Assembly (NCBI GenBank): GCA_965215005.1
Contig: CBDCCZ010000006.1
Location: 32,001-96,000, forward strand
Source of the DNA: Kofleriaceae bacterium
GTDB taxonomy: Bacteria; Myxococcota_A; Polyangia; Haliangiales; Haliangiaceae
DNA: 64,000 nucleotides
Reading direction: 5' to 3'
Positions 37,810-51,119 of the stretch are shown here, piece by piece (position 1 is the first letter of the stretch; each line of letters begins with the position of its first letter). The notes beneath the pieces were generated by a model that worked only from the letters and a program-made list of their open reading frames with translations, ran no database searches and was not told the origin of the DNA. The position numbers were made by a program, and so were the translations under genes.

Positions 37810-38475
37810 CTAGAGCTTGCGATACACGCCGACCACCAGACCGATGATGTCGACCGAGCGAAACTCGTCGCGACGAACGATGATCGGCTTCATCGCCGCG
37901 TTCGCGGGTTCGAAGCGGATGTAGTCCTTCTCGGGATAGTAGCGCTTGACCGTCGCCTCCCCCTCGATCATCGCGACCACGATGTCGCCACGACTGGCGG
38001 TCGCGGTTTTCTTCACGAACACATAGTCGCCATCGAAGATGCCGTCTTCGATCATCGACTCCCCCACCACGCGCAGTCCGAATACTTCGCGGTGTGCACC
38101 GACGAAAAATCGATCGACCTTGACCGTGTCTTCGACATTCTCGACCGCTAGAATGGGCTGTCCGGCGGCAACCCGGCCCAAGATGGGGATCTCGCAAAAC
38201 TCTTGCCCAAGCCCCGCCAGCGGGATGACGTTCGACGGTGACGTCTTCTTCTTGCTCGCCACCTTCACCGGGCGCATCGCGCGCGACTTGAGATCTTCCC
38301 GCCGCAGGTGTCCCTTTTTCTCCAGCGCCTTGAGATGGTCGTTGACACCGTTGGTCGAGCGGATGCCGAAGTGCATCCCGATCTCTCGCAAGGTAGGCGG
38401 AAAACCGCGGTCGTTGATCGAGCCGCTGATGAAATCCAGAATCTGCTGTTGACGTAGAGTGAGTGCTTCGGGCAT
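37810..38475 (-). CDS. lexA: SOS repressor LexA
   Basis: LTLRQQQIL...[15 protein letters not shown] cleavage site, GESM (Ser), TVKR (Lys). Confidence 0.96.
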   Translation of the reverse strand: MPEALTLRQQQILDFISGSINDRGFPPTLREIGMHFGIRSTNGVNDHLKALEKKGHLRREDLKSRAMRPVKVASKKKTSPSNVIPLAGLGQEFCEIPILGRVAAGQPILAVENVEDTVKVDRFFVGAHREVFGLRVVGESMIEDGIFDGDYVFVKKTATASRGDIVVAMIEGEATVKRYYPEKDYIRFEPANAAMKPIIVRRDEFRSVDIIGLVVGVYRKL

Positions 38476-38523
38476 CTGCGGTTCCTCCGCACCTTTCTGG
38501 CCACGGCCGAGCATTTCGCTTAC

Positions 38524-38565
38524 CTGAACAATTGCACCGTACTGAACAAAAGGTGGGGATGTCAA
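38524..38565 (-). promoter_or_regulatory. lexA promoter with two candidate LexA operator half-sites
   Basis: TTGACA (38565-60)-18 nt-TACGGT; two TTGTTCAG direct repeats at 38524-31 and 38542-49. Confidence 0.6.
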
Positions 38566-39536
38566 ATTACCGGCGCAGCGAGCGCCGCTCGGTCACCCGC
38601 CTCGCTGCAATCATTCTTGTGCTCGCCCTTGCTGTGGCCTCACGCGGCGCCGCGGCACCGCCTCCGCCGCAAGCTGCGCCCACCCGCGCCACTGTTTTGA
38701 CCAACCGCATCACTGCCGCCTACCTGCGCGGCGATGAAGATGCGCTGGCCCGTCTTGGTGCCGCCGCCTCGGCCACGGTTCTGGAAACCATGCTCAATTC
38801 CTCCGAATCTTCTCGCGTGCTCGCAGCGCTCGAAGCAGCGCCAGCGGCCCCCGATTCTTGGGCGCTGCTCGCCCGGCTCGCCGATCTCGCCGAAGCCCGC
38901 GACCGCATGATCGCCGCCCCCGCCGCGCGTCGCGCTGCGATCATCGCCGCGCGTCTCGATCGCGAGCTGCTCTTGCTCCACGACGTGCCCGACGACGACA
39001 CCCGCTACCTCCTCAGTCGATGGCGAGAGCTCGGCGCGCGCCCCGACCGCTGGGCCGACGTTCGCGTTCACGCGCTCGAGGTCTCGCTCGCCATCGCCGA
39101 CGCTCTGGGTGGCGACGCGCTTCCCGAAGACGTGGCATTCGACGTCGAAGCGCGGCTTGCCGACGCCGATCCCGAGGTGCGCCGAACCGCCGCGGAGCTG
39201 CTGCCAACCCCACTAACGCCGGCGCAGCGCGAGGCTGTTGCAGCGCTGGTGCGCGATGATCCGCAGCCTGAGGTGGCGCTCGCTGCCGCGCAGGCATTGT
39301 GCTCTGGGCTCGCCGCTGGCGACCCGGCCAAGCCGGCGATTCGCGCCTTGGGAGCCGCTGGCCTGGCCCGAATTCGTGCCGTGATCGCCAAACCCACCGC
39401 GGCCCCCGTTGCCGCAGTAGACGCCGCGCGTTGCCTGCTCGCCGATGCCTCGCCGCCGAGCCTTCTCGCTGTGGAGCGCTTGCAAGCGCGCTTGCCGCCC
39501 TATCTGGCCGCCGCGCTCACCGAGGAAGGCCGATGA
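38559..39536 (+). CDS. Secreted HEAT-repeat protein
   Basis: Signal-like hydrophobic stretch; [16 protein letters not shown] and [15 protein letters not shown]. Start uncertain. Confidence 0.65.
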   Translation: MSNYRRSERRSVTRLAAIILVLALAVASRGAAAPPPPQAAPTRATVLTNRITAAYLRGDEDALARLGAAASATVLETMLNSSESSRVLAALEAAPAAPDSWALLARLADLAEARDRMIAAPAARRAAIIAARLDRELLLLHDVPDDDTRYLLSRWRELGARPDRWADVRVHALEVSLAIADALGGDALPEDVAFDVEARLADADPEVRRTAAELLPTPLTPAQREAVAALVRDDPQPEVALAAAQALCSGLAAGDPAKPAIRALGAAGLARIRAVIAKPTAAPVAAVDAARCLLADASPPSLLAVERLQARLPPYLAAALTEEGR

Positions 39537-41158
39537 CCAGCAAGAGCCCGCTGCCGCCGACGATGGGGCCCATGGCCAAGCCGCCGCGCCTGGCTCGCGC
39601 CGCGGGCCTGATCGGCGCCGCGACCATGCTCTCGCGCATCCTGGGCCTGGCGCGCGAGCAGCTATTCGCTGCGTTGCTCGGCGCCACCGCCATGGCCGAC
39701 GCGTTCAACGTTGCCTTTCGGATTCCAAACCTGCTCCGCGACCTCTTTGCCGAAGGCGCACTTGCGCAGGCCTTCGTACCCACGTTCAAGGACAAGCTGC
39801 GCAATCGCGGCAAGGACGAGGCATTTGCATTGGCCAATCGCGTGGCCGGGACCATCGTCATCATCATTGCGCTCATCGTTCTCGTGGCTGCGCTGGTGGC
39901 GCCGCAGATCGTTGGAGTCATGGCCAGCGAGTTCGCCGGCGTCCCAGGCAAGTACTCGCTTACCGTCTTGCTTACGCGCATCATGCTGCCGTTCTTGGCC
40001 ATTGTGTCCATGGCAGCGGTGGCAATGGGCATGCTCAATGCGCAGGATCGCTACACCGCCCCAGCGCTAGCGCCCGCCATGTTCAATGTCATGAGTATCG
40101 GCACCGGGTTGGTGATCTGGCTTGGCGGCGTGACTGGCTCGTGGATCGCCATCGGCTGGTCGATAGGCACCCTGCTCGGTGGGCTCGCGCAGCTCGGTGT
40201 GCAGCTGCCGTCGCTGTTTCGCACCGGCTTTCGCCTGCGGCCAGCGCTCGATTTGCGGCTGCGCGATGAGGGCGTGCGGCGCGTGGCGTGGCTGATGGCT
40301 CCCGCGGTCGCCGGGCTTGCCGCGGTACAAGTCAATATCTTCGTCAATACCATGTTCGCGACCACCGAGCCCGGCGCGGTCTCGTGGCTCAATTATGCCT
40401 TTCGCTTCTTGCAGTTGCCTATTGGCGTCTTTGGCGTCGCCATTGGAACCGTCTCCACTACCCGCTACGCCGATGCCGCCGCCGATGACGACCCGCAGGC
40501 GCTCAGCGCTCACTTCACGGACGGACTGCGGTTGGTTGCGTTTCTCACCATTCCCGCGACCGTTGGCTTATGGCTGTTGGGCGAGCCAATTATCCGGCTC
40601 ATCTTCGAGCGCGGCCGTTTTGCGCCATTCGATACCGACATGACGACGGTGGCGCTGAAGTTCTTTGTGATCGGCTTGGTGTTTTACGCCGGTGTCAAGG
40701 TGGCTGCGCCGGCGTTTTACGCGGTGCGGCGGGCCCGAATAGCAGTGTATGCCTCCCTATTAGCCGTTGCAGGCAACCTGATCATAAACATTACGCTTCA
40801 TCCGCACTTCGGCTTTCGTATTCTGGCCTTTGGAACCGCCGTCGCGGCGATTCTGAACTTCACGATCCTCTATTCGTCGTTTGCTCGGCTGGTCGCACCG
40901 ATCAAACACCTCCCGCTCGCGTTTCACGTCCTGCGGGTGGTGGGCGCCTCACTGACCATGGGCGCGGTGGTGTTCTTGGTGCGCGGCGTCGTCCATGATC
41001 ACCTCGGCACCGAAGGCCTTTGGGTGCGGCTGCTCGCGGTTGGCGCTCCCATCGCGGCGGGTGTGCTGATCTACGCAGGCGCGTGCCGGCTGCTTGGCGT
41101 CGAGGAGCTCGAGCACTTCAGCGCTAAGCTGGCTCGCCGCTTCCGAGCACGCGGGTAG
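39533..41158 (+). CDS. murJ: Lipid II flippase MurJ
   Basis: [41 protein letters not shown], many TM helices. Confidence 0.94.
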   Translation: MTSKSPLPPTMGPMAKPPRLARAAGLIGAATMLSRILGLAREQLFAALLGATAMADAFNVAFRIPNLLRDLFAEGALAQAFVPTFKDKLRNRGKDEAFALANRVAGTIVIIIALIVLVAALVAPQIVGVMASEFAGVPGKYSLTVLLTRIMLPFLAIVSMAAVAMGMLNAQDRYTAPALAPAMFNVMSIGTGLVIWLGGVTGSWIAIGWSIGTLLGGLAQLGVQLPSLFRTGFRLRPALDLRLRDEGVRRVAWLMAPAVAGLAAVQVNIFVNTMFATTEPGAVSWLNYAFRFLQLPIGVFGVAIGTVSTTRYADAAADDDPQALSAHFTDGLRLVAFLTIPATVGLWLLGEPIIRLIFERGRFAPFDTDMTTVALKFFVIGLVFYAGVKVAAPAFYAVRRARIAVYASLLAVAGNLIINITLHPHFGFRILAFGTAVAAILNFTILYSSFARLVAPIKHLPLAFHVLRVVGASLTMGAVVFLVRGVVHDHLGTEGLWVRLLAVGAPIAAGVLIYAGACRLLGVEELEHFSAKLARRFRARG

Positions 41159-41200
41159 AGGAGGCTGGCGCCTGCGCCCGAGTTTGTGCATCTTGCTGGG

Positions 41201-43210
<2,010 letters not shown>

Positions 43211-43219
43211 GCGCGACCG

Positions 43220-44731
43220 CTACAGCTCGTGCGGCATTTGCCGGCGCGGCGAACGAAAATACCGCAGCGGCGAGTAACTCAAGAAGTTCGACACTCGACT
43301 GGTGTAGAGGTCCGCGTAGTCGTTGACCTGCTCGCCAAAGCGGCTGTTTTCGTGACCCTCACGCAGGATCGGACCCCAATGGGGGTTATAGGTGCGATCG
43401 ATCGATGCTTCGAGAGCATCGCACTCCTCTTGCATGACACGCGCACGCATGCGCAGCGAGTCGAGCGTTTGCTTGACCTGCGAGCGCGCCTCCTCCAGCC
43501 GCGGGCGCAGCTCAGCGATATCATCGCCATCGCCGTCGACTAGCTTTTGCAGCCGCTTGAGCATCAGCACTTGATAGTCGATCTCCGACTCGATGTTGCG
43601 GCGGCGGCGGTCGAGCAGATCGAGGTCGCGGATCTCGCGCTCGAGCCGCTGCGACATGCCCTGCTCGACCTCGAGCTCCTGCAGCACCATGGCGGTGCGC
43701 CACGTGTGCCCTTTACGCAGCTTGAGGATGTCGCCGTAGATGTGATCGCCGATGTAGAGGACGCGCTCACCGCGCACCCCGGTCATGTCTTCGAAGTCCA
43801 AGATGTTGCCACCTTGATAGACCCGATCGCGGCTAAGCCGCTTGACCTGCCCTTCGATAGCGTTGCCGGTGATGGGGTCGAGCGCGACGAATGGCTCGCG
43901 CAAAGTAAAGAAGCCAGGTTTTCGGCCTCCGCAGATGGCGACGTCGAAGTAGTTGCGCCACGATGGATACGCGCGCCGCTCGCCGTCGAGAAGGTACGAC
44001 ATGACGGCGTTGGTGTAGTCGTAATAGGAGTTTGTGAGCAGAAACAGCTTCTTGCCCGATGAGCGCAGCTTGTGAAGCGTTTCCGCTAAGTTGGGATCTT
44101 TGACGATGAATCCCGGCAAATCGGCTTTGATCACCGACTTGAGAGTCTCGTCGCGATGCGCCTCATCGATGCTGGCGCGGATGTCATCGAAGAGCTCTTC
44201 GTAACTCGGACCATTCGGCTCGCTGTCAAAATAGTCGACGAGCGTCATGTACATGACGGCTTCCGGCAGTCCGAACAAGGTGTCGATCCAGGCGTAGCGG
44301 GGCTTGGAGAGATTGATGCGAGTGTTGCGATAGAGGTCGTGGCGCTCCTGCCGACTCAGCATGCGGAAGCCGTGATAGACGCGGCCAACATAGGCATGCC
44401 GGTCCATCTTGAAGACGTTGCCGAGCTCGCGATCGACCACCAAGCCGCGAATCGCGTAAGCGGGCTCGTAGTGGAGCGCGCGCAGGGTTTTGGGATAGTC
44501 GCGGTTCTTGATGAGCTTATCGATGGTGAGCTCGATGGAGAGCCGCTCGAGCCGCTCCTGATGATACAGCGCCAACGTGTAGTCCATGTCGAAGCCGATC
44601 AGCTCGATGGACGCAAGATTGGTGTTGCGATTGCAGTAGATGCGACTCTTGCGGGAGACGTCGATCTCGCTTCGGACATCACCGAGGAGCGCCGCCACCT
44701 GGGTCTCGACGTCATGGGCGGTTCGCGCCAT
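43220..44731 (-). CDS. HAD-IG family 5'-nucleotidase (cN-II-like)
   Basis: [35 protein letters not shown]. Confidence 0.92.
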   Translation of the reverse strand: MARTAHDVETQVAALLGDVRSEIDVSRKSRIYCNRNTNLASIELIGFDMDYTLALYHQERLERLSIELTIDKLIKNRDYPKTLRALHYEPAYAIRGLVVDRELGNVFKMDRHAYVGRVYHGFRMLSRQERHDLYRNTRINLSKPRYAWIDTLFGLPEAVMYMTLVDYFDSEPNGPSYEELFDDIRASIDEAHRDETLKSVIKADLPGFIVKDPNLAETLHKLRSSGKKLFLLTNSYYDYTNAVMSYLLDGERRAYPSWRNYFDVAICGGRKPGFFTLREPFVALDPITGNAIEGQVKRLSRDRVYQGGNILDFEDMTGVRGERVLYIGDHIYGDILKLRKGHTWRTAMVLQELEVEQGMSQRLEREIRDLDLLDRRRRNIESEIDYQVLMLKRLQKLVDGDGDDIAELRPRLEEARSQVKQTLDSLRMRARVMQEECDALEASIDRTYNPHWGPILREGHENSRFGEQVNDYADLYTSRVSNFLSYSPLRYFRSPRRQMPHEL

Positions 44732-44930
44732 CGCTTCATGGTACCGCAGTCGCGGTAGGCGCAGTAGCCGCAGGCTGCTGCGGCGTTGGTGTGCGAAGCC
44801 ACTTCGCGACGCGCTCCCGAGCCGCCAGCGGGATGCTTCGAGGTAAGAATCTGCGCAGGTTTGCCGCATCTTCGGATGCAGCGCGCGGTTGCGTTGAATC
44901 CGTCAGGGCGCCCTGCTAGGGTCCGAGCGC

Positions 44931-45503
44931 ATGTCCTCTAGCGATGCTCCCTCAGCGCGTTTCAATCGCAAGGAGGATCCATTCGTCGAGCTCATCTCCG
45001 CGACCGCCATCGCGGAGCGCGTCGCGCTTCTCGGCGCTACGATCACCGCGGATTACCAGCGCCTCGGCGGCGACCTCGTGCTGGTTGGAGTGCTCAAGGG
45101 CTCCGTTATCTTCTTAGCGGATCTAGCGCGACAGATCGCGCTGCCCTGCACCTTGGAGTTCATCGGCATCGCCAGTTATGGCGACCAAACGAATTCCTCG
45201 GGAGTCGTGCAGATCACCAGCGATGTATCGCGTCCGGTGGCGGGTAAGCACGTTCTCATCGTCGAGGACATCATCGATACCGGGCTCACCGCCCATTATT
45301 TGATCGACAACCTCGCGACCCGAAGGCCGGCGAGCGTTCGGCTCTGCTCGCTATTGCACAAACCCGATCGCGCCGAGAAGCACGTCAACATCGACTATCT
45401 CGGCTTCACCGTGCCCAACAAGTTCGTCGTCGGCTACGGGCTGGATATTGCGCAGCAGTACCGCAACCTTCCGTTCATCGGCTACGTAGACGAGCGGGAC
45501 TAA
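44931..45503 (+). CDS. hpt: Hypoxanthine phosphoribosyltransferase
   Basis: [33 protein letters not shown]. Confidence 0.95.
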   Translation: MSSSDAPSARFNRKEDPFVELISATAIAERVALLGATITADYQRLGGDLVLVGVLKGSVIFLADLARQIALPCTLEFIGIASYGDQTNSSGVVQITSDVSRPVAGKHVLIVEDIIDTGLTAHYLIDNLATRRPASVRLCSLLHKPDRAEKHVNIDYLGFTVPNKFVVGYGLDIAQQYRNLPFIGYVDERD

Positions 45504-45516
45504 CCGGCAGGAGCGT

Positions 45517-46524
45517 ATGCGTCTGGAACAGCTGGCGCGACTACCCGAGGTACTGTTCGAGATCGGCAAGGCCATCGGTTCCGATGAGGACGTGAGCCTG
45601 CTATTGGCGCGCATCTCCAAGCTCGTGTGTGAGCTGCTGGCGGCGGAAGCCTGCTCGGTGATGCTGCTGGATTCGAGCCGCGCGTGTCTGCTCGCCAAGG
45701 CTGCCTATGGGGTGCGCGCTGAGCGCATGAAGCTGCTCTCGTTTCAAGTGGGAGAAGGCGTCGCCGGCTGGGTTTGCGAGCATGGGGAGCCGGCGCTGAT
45801 AGGCGACGTGAGCACCGATCCGCGCTTCGTGGTGCTGCCGGACTCGCGCACCGCGATTGTGTCGATGGCGTGCGTACCACTATTGGCGCGAGGCGCTCGA
45901 GTGGGCGTCATGACCGCCACGTCGGGCAAGAAGCACGCGTTTCACTCCGGGGATGTCGAGCTGCTGAGCTTCATCGCCAAGACCATTGCGCTGGACGTGG
46001 AGAACATTCGGCTGCACCGGGTGTCGGTGACGGATCCGCTCACCGGCGCCTACAACCGCGAGTTCCTGCAGCGTCGCCTGCCCCACGAGATGGACGCAGC
46101 GCGAACCCGCGGTGAGCCGCTCGCGGTGGCCATGGTCGATGTCGATCACTTCAAGTCAATCAATGATCGTTTTGGTCACGAGGTCGGCGATCGGGTGCTG
46201 GCGGAGGTGTCGCGGCGATTGCGGCGCGCGATCCGCAAAGAAGACCTGCTAGTGCGTTACGGCGGTGAGGAATTTCTCGTGGTGCTGCCACGAGCCGGCG
46301 CCGAGCGTGCCGCCGAGATCGGCGAGCGCATGCGGCGCAAGATGCAAGCAGAGCCCATCGCGGCGGTGACCGAGGCCATCGAAGTGCGGGTGTCGGTCGG
46401 GGTAGCGCAACACCGACGGCCAGCAGATAGCTCCGAGACCACCACCGAGTTGGTGAGTCGCGCCGATCAAGCGTTGTACAGCGCCAAACGCAACGGTCGC
46501 AATCGGGTGGAGGTAGCGCAGTGA
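45517..46524 (+). CDS. GAF-GGDEF diguanylate cyclase
   Basis: GAF domain, TDPLTG, DVDHFKSIND, I-site RKED, GGEEF. Confidence 0.93.
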   Translation: MRLEQLARLPEVLFEIGKAIGSDEDVSLLLARISKLVCELLAAEACSVMLLDSSRACLLAKAAYGVRAERMKLLSFQVGEGVAGWVCEHGEPALIGDVSTDPRFVVLPDSRTAIVSMACVPLLARGARVGVMTATSGKKHAFHSGDVELLSFIAKTIALDVENIRLHRVSVTDPLTGAYNREFLQRRLPHEMDAARTRGEPLAVAMVDVDHFKSINDRFGHEVGDRVLAEVSRRLRRAIRKEDLLVRYGGEEFLVVLPRAGAERAAEIGERMRRKMQAEPIAAVTEAIEVRVSVGVAQHRRPADSSETTTELVSRADQALYSAKRNGRNRVEVAQ

Positions 46525-47879
46525 GCGGCGGAGAAGGTTCAGGACCCGAGGAGGGGGGCGAGAAGGAGCACGAGGTCGGCAGCGAGGCGGAGCTCGCCGC
46601 GACCGATGACGAAGGATGGTCTCTCGCGGCTAAGCAGAGTCGCCGTCAAGACACCGACGAAGACGGGTGGGCAGAGGAAGCGCATCGGGCTCGCGCTGGC
46701 AAGCGCCGGCGCCCGGAGCAAGTCGCCGCGAGGCCGCAATCCGCTGCCAACGCGCAGGCTCAAGCCGACGCGCGGCCCGAAGCCCCCGCGGAGCCGCAGG
46801 TTGACGCGCAGACGTCTGAGGCCGACGCCAACGCGCAGACGGCCGACGCCAACGCGCAGACGGCCGACGTCAACGCGCAGACGGCCGACGCCAACGCGCA
46901 GACGGCCGACGTCAACGCGCAGACGGCCGACGCCAACGCGCAGACGATCGATGCGCCCACATCGCAAGTAGCGGCTGCCGCGCAGGCATCAGGGCCCCAG
47001 CTCGAGCCGTACGCCTTGCCCGAGGAGCGCGACTTGCGTGCCGCCGTGGGGGTCGACAGCGCTCGAGGCTCCGGCTCGAGTGCCGGCCGCCGCGGGCGTC
47101 GCGGCATCGCTGCCCTTGCTGGAGGTATAGCGGCGCTGCTGGGCGTCGCGGCGTTAATCGTGATCGGCTACTTCAACAGCGACCACTACGTTCTGGCTTG
47201 CGGCGCCGAGCAGGTAACGGCGGAACGCGGCCGCGCCTTTCCACCGTGGGGCACGGAGCGGCTTGCTGGCCCGGCGTGGCAACCCATTCCCATCGAGCCC
47301 AGCAGCAACTGCGAGACCCGCGAGATGACGAGTCGCGCGGAGCTCGAATCCGCGTTCGCCAAAACGCTCTTTGCCCGCATCGATAGGCTCTTGTCGGGCG
47401 ACGGCGTCAAAGACATTGCTCTGGCCGAGACCCTCATCACGCAAGGATTACTGATCTCGCGCACGCCCGCTCGCAACGAGATGCGCAGTCAGCTGCAGCG
47501 GATGCGCGGTGACATTCTCTATTGGCAAGCTGCCGACGAAGCACGCGCCGCCGCTGAGCGTCTGCGAGCTGCTGCCGAGCAGTTTGGCGCCGCCGCAGGG
47601 TTCAACCCTCGCCACGTTCGTGATGCTCAAGCCTGGGCCAATTTTCTGGCTGAGCTCGATACGCGGCTCACCCGTGGCCCCCGTGGCTCCAACGCGCCGG
47701 CATTGACGCCGGATGCGTCAGCCCCCATCACCGCGCCATCGGGACTCGACTTGACGCGCGATGAGGGCAGTGTCGATGCCGAGCCAGGAATTGCTTTGCC
47801 GCCCGAAGAAGCTCTGCCGGCAGCCCCCGACTCGCAACCGATTGACGCCGGCGTTCCGCGGGGCGGCGTGCTCCTTTAA
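46521..47879 (+). CDS. Hypothetical bitopic membrane protein
   Basis: Disordered N-terminus with repeats, one TM, helical C-terminal domain. Confidence 0.7.
   Translation: MSGGEGSGPEEGGEKEHEVGSEAELAATDDEGWSLAAKQSRRQDTDEDGWAEEAHRARAGKRRRPEQVAARPQSAANAQAQADARPEAPAEPQVDAQTSEADANAQTADANAQTADVNAQTADANAQTADVNAQTADANAQTIDAPTSQVAAAAQASGPQLEPYALPEERDLRAAVGVDSARGSGSSAGRRGRRGIAALAGGIAALLGVAALIVIGYFNSDHYVLACGAEQVTAERGRAFPPWGTERLAGPAWQPIPIEPSSNCETREMTSRAELESAFAKTLFARIDRLLSGDGVKDIALAETLITQGLLISRTPARNEMRSQLQRMRGDILYWQAADEARAAAERLRAAAEQFGAAAGFNPRHVRDAQAWANFLAELDTRLTRGPRGSNAPALTPDASAPITAPSGLDLTRDEGSVDAEPGIALPPEEALPAAPDSQPIDAGVPRGGVLL
46821..46946 (+). repeat. In-frame 21-bp tandem repeat, 6 copies (AD[A/V]NAQT)
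   Basis: GCCGACG(C/T)CAACGCGCAGACG x6. Confidence 0.95.
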
Positions 47880-47916
47880 ACGTGTTGACTCGGCTGCGCC
47901 ACGTTGGTGGGCCGCC

Positions 47917-48936
47917 CTAGCTGCCCGCGCTCAGAGCGCGATCGATCTTGATCTTGAGCTCGACGTAGCGGCGTAGAAAGGTCGAGTGGCGGTCGCGGAA
48001 CGCCTGCAGATACCGCCGCTCGCGCCGTTGTAGACGCGCCGCTTCTTCGAGCTCCTCGAGCCGATCGAGAAGCTGTCGCGGGCTGTCAAACTCCTGCAGC
48101 AGCACTGAGGAGCGGCTGTCTTCGATGAGCTCGAGGGAGCCAGCGCCAGGAGCACCGTAGGCGAGTACGATGAGCTGCGGATCTTGTGCTTTGATGCTGC
48201 GCGTGACCATCGAGACCGGCAGGTCCGCCAACGTGTCGGCCACCAACACGTAATCGAACCGGGATGAGCTGGCGCGGTCGAGCGCTTCCCCGCCGGTCAC
48301 CGCGCGCTCAAACGCCCACGCCGAGGGCGCCATCTGCTGCAGCGCTTCCATGAGAGTTGCCTCGACATCGACCAGCAACACCCGCGCCGGTTCGCTGCGG
48401 CCAGGATTTCGGCCTGCTGAGCGATCGGCGGCATCGAGAGCGCGCTTTTCGGCATCGATGAAGCGCTCGAGAAACTCCTCGTGAACCTCGCGCACCTCGC
48501 TGAGCACCGAGTCGACCTGTCGGAGGTCGACCGAGCGGCCAACCGCATCCAGCACCCGCTGCTCCAGGTAAGGCACCGCATCGGGCGCTTTGAGAATGAT
48601 ATCCACCGCGCCCGCACGAACCGCAGCCACGCCGTCGTCAAACGACTTTCGCGGCATGAGGACGATGACCATCGACGTCGGTGACTGCTCTTTGACCGCC
48701 TTAATAGTGGCGAGCCCCGCACCAGGCTGCGGCGTGTCGAGATCGGTTAGCACCACGGTGAAGAATCGACGTTCGATTTCGCGATAGGCGGCAGTTGGCT
48801 CCGACACGCAGGTGACATGCAGCCCAGCGGCAGACAATAGCTGCGTCATCCCTTTCTGCACCCGCTCGTCTTTGTCCACGAGCAGCACCTCCGCACCAAT
48901 GAGAGCACGCGCCGCTCGCGTTGAGTCGTTTGTCAT
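47917..48936 (-). CDS. Response regulator with two receiver-like domains
   Basis: VLLVDKD...VLTDLD...ILK and a second degenerate RVLLVDVE...FDYVLVAD; coiled-coil tail. Confidence 0.75.
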   Translation of the reverse strand: MTNDSTRAARALIGAEVLLVDKDERVQKGMTQLLSAAGLHVTCVSEPTAAYREIERRFFTVVLTDLDTPQPGAGLATIKAVKEQSPTSMVIVLMPRKSFDDGVAAVRAGAVDIILKAPDAVPYLEQRVLDAVGRSVDLRQVDSVLSEVREVHEEFLERFIDAEKRALDAADRSAGRNPGRSEPARVLLVDVEATLMEALQQMAPSAWAFERAVTGGEALDRASSSRFDYVLVADTLADLPVSMVTRSIKAQDPQLIVLAYGAPGAGSLELIEDSRSSVLLQEFDSPRQLLDRLEELEEAARLQRRERRYLQAFRDRHSTFLRRYVELKIKIDRALSAGS

Positions 48937-49832
48937 CTCGGTGCTCGGAAACGAAACGGCCAGACGAACGCGAGCGCATCGCGTCCGGGCGCGTTCGGCA
49001 ACGGCCAGCTCTTCACCAGTCCGATTAGGCAAAAGGCCAGCGACTCCGAGCCCGTCGAGTTGGAGACTGCTCGCACCGCTTCGGCTCGACCCGCCGGTGT
49101 CACCTTGAACTGCAGCTCGATGGTTCCTTGCAGCGGCGAGGTCGGCGAGCTTGCCTTGGCGGCTTGCTGATAACAGCGCTGAAGCTGCGCGTCGTGGCGC
49201 TTGACAACCAAACCTATCAGCGCCGCCACCTTCTCGACCTCGTCGGCAGTCGCAGGCCCGGCAGGACGGCCGGTATCGGCTGCGCCCTCACCATCATCTG
49301 CGCCCTCGCCATCATCGCTGGCCGGCGCCTCGCCACCTTCACTCGCTGGCGTCTCGCCACGGGATTCGCCACCGGCGGGACGCGACCGCGGCTTGCTGGG
49401 CACCTTGCGCGGCGCCTGCGCGCCTTTGCTTCTCGGTGGCTCATCCGTCGTCACCGGAGTCGGCGGCTCGACCTCGACCTCGACCTCGGAAACCACTTCC
49501 TCCGCCTCCGGCGCCACCCACGCCACCTCTGCCGCGCGCTGTCGCGCTCCGCAGTACGACACCATCATGGCGACACCGGCGACCACCAGCACCAGATCGA
49601 GCCCGAGTACCACCGCCACCCGACTCCGTCGTCCAGCGCGCGACGCCGGCAGCTCGAACAACGACACGTGCGACTCGTCGCGCATCCCCAAACTCTCGTC
49701 GGACTGCGACGCTCTCACCTCAGCACCAGGCGTGGCTTCCGCAGCCTCGCTCGAGGTCGCGAACCGCTGGCCGCATACGCCGCAAAAGCGCGATCCCTGG
49801 GGAGCCTCGGCGGCGCAGCTCGGGCAGCGCAT
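48933..49832 (-). CDS. Zinc-ribbon + TM + AgmX/PglI-type C-terminal domain protein
   Basis: CPSC...FCGVCG, TM, LQRCYQQA...LQGTIELQF...CLIGLVKSWPLP...WPFRF. Confidence 0.78.
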   Translation of the reverse strand: MRCPSCAAEAPQGSRFCGVCGQRFATSSEAAEATPGAEVRASQSDESLGMRDESHVSLFELPASRAGRRSRVAVVLGLDLVLVVAGVAMMVSYCGARQRAAEVAWVAPEAEEVVSEVEVEVEPPTPVTTDEPPRSKGAQAPRKVPSKPRSRPAGGESRGETPASEGGEAPASDDGEGADDGEGAADTGRPAGPATADEVEKVAALIGLVVKRHDAQLQRCYQQAAKASSPTSPLQGTIELQFKVTPAGRAEAVRAVSNSTGSESLAFCLIGLVKSWPLPNAPGRDALAFVWPFRFRAPR

Positions 49833-49927
49833 AGGCGCCTATACTAGCACCGTCGTTTCCACCCAAACCGGTCCAGCGGCGTTCGATCGCACTGCTGTGA
49901 TACGCTTTCTGGCCGAGGTAACAGGGG

Positions 49928-51100
49928 ATGAGCCAGATCCTAGACCGCGTGCTCAGCGCCGCTCGCCAGCTCGGTGCGTCGGACGTGCATCTGAAAGCTG
50001 GATTGCCGCCCATCTTTCGCATCAAGGGCGAGCTGCGCACCGTTCGCGACGTGCCGGCGCTCACGCGTGAGTCGATTGCCAGCTTCGCGTTGCACATGAT
50101 GAACGATCGGCAACGCGAAGAGTTCGAGAAGAACATGGACGTCGATCTCGCCTACGGCACCCCCGACGGCGTGCGCTATCGCGTCAACCTGTTTCAACAG
50201 CGCGGCACCGTCGGTATGGTGCTGCGCTTGATTCCGCCGGAGGTGCCGCCGTTCGAGCGACTCAACCTGCCGGCGACCGTCCTCGGGCTCGCCGACAACA
50301 GCCGCGGATTGGTGCTGGTCACCGGTGTCACCGGATCCGGCAAGTCGACCACGCTCGCGGCGATGATCGACTACATCAATCAGCGCAACGCGTATCACAT
50401 CGTTACGGTCGAGGATCCGGTCGAATACGCGTTCCGCGACAAGCGCTCGGTGATCAATCAGCGCGAGGTCGGCTTCGACACCCAGTCGTTTGCGCGCGCG
50501 TTGCGTGCGGCACTTCGCCAAGACCCGGACGTGATTTTGGTTGGCGAGATTCGCGATCTAGACACCGTGAGCATTGCTCTGACCGCTGCGGAAACCGGTC
50601 ACTTGGTGTTGTCTACGCTGCACACGGTGGATGCGACCGAGACGATCAATCGGCTCATCTCGATGTTTCCCACGCATCAACAACAACAAGCGCGCCTGGC
50701 GGTCGCCGCCGTGCTCAAAGGCGTGGTCAGTCAGCGCCTGTTGCCGCGCGCCGACGGCAAAGGGATGGTTCCTGCCCTCGAGGTGATGGTTGCCACCGAG
50801 CGCGTGCGCGAGCTCATCGAGGACCCGCATCGGACGCGCGAGATCAACGACGCAATTGCCGAAGGCCTCCACCCTTACGGCATGATCTCATTCGACCAAA
50901 GCCTTGCCGATCTGGTAAAGCGTCGGCTGGTCACGTACGAGGAAGCCGTCAAGCACTCGACCAGCCCGTCGGACTTCGCGCTGCTCTTTCGCGGCATCTC
51001 TGGCGGCGCAACCCCTTGGGACGGCTCGAGCGGTGGCGAAGGCGATGCGTCGGCAGGGTTTAGCGATGAAGAACTGGAAATCGACAGGTTCGGCAAGTAA
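49928..51100 (+). CDS. pilT: PilT/PilU-family type IV pilus ATPase
   Basis: ASDVHL, GVTGSGKS, EDPVE, LRQDPDVILVGEIRD, TGHLVLSTLHT. Confidence 0.88.
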   Translation: MSQILDRVLSAARQLGASDVHLKAGLPPIFRIKGELRTVRDVPALTRESIASFALHMMNDRQREEFEKNMDVDLAYGTPDGVRYRVNLFQQRGTVGMVLRLIPPEVPPFERLNLPATVLGLADNSRGLVLVTGVTGSGKSTTLAAMIDYINQRNAYHIVTVEDPVEYAFRDKRSVINQREVGFDTQSFARALRAALRQDPDVILVGEIRDLDTVSIALTAAETGHLVLSTLHTVDATETINRLISMFPTHQQQQARLAVAAVLKGVVSQRLLPRADGKGMVPALEVMVATERVRELIEDPHRTREINDAIAEGLHPYGMISFDQSLADLVKRRLVTYEEAVKHSTSPSDFALLFRGISGGATPWDGSSGGEGDASAGFSDEELEIDRFGK

Positions 51101-51119
51101 CCGGCAAGCGCATCTCGCG

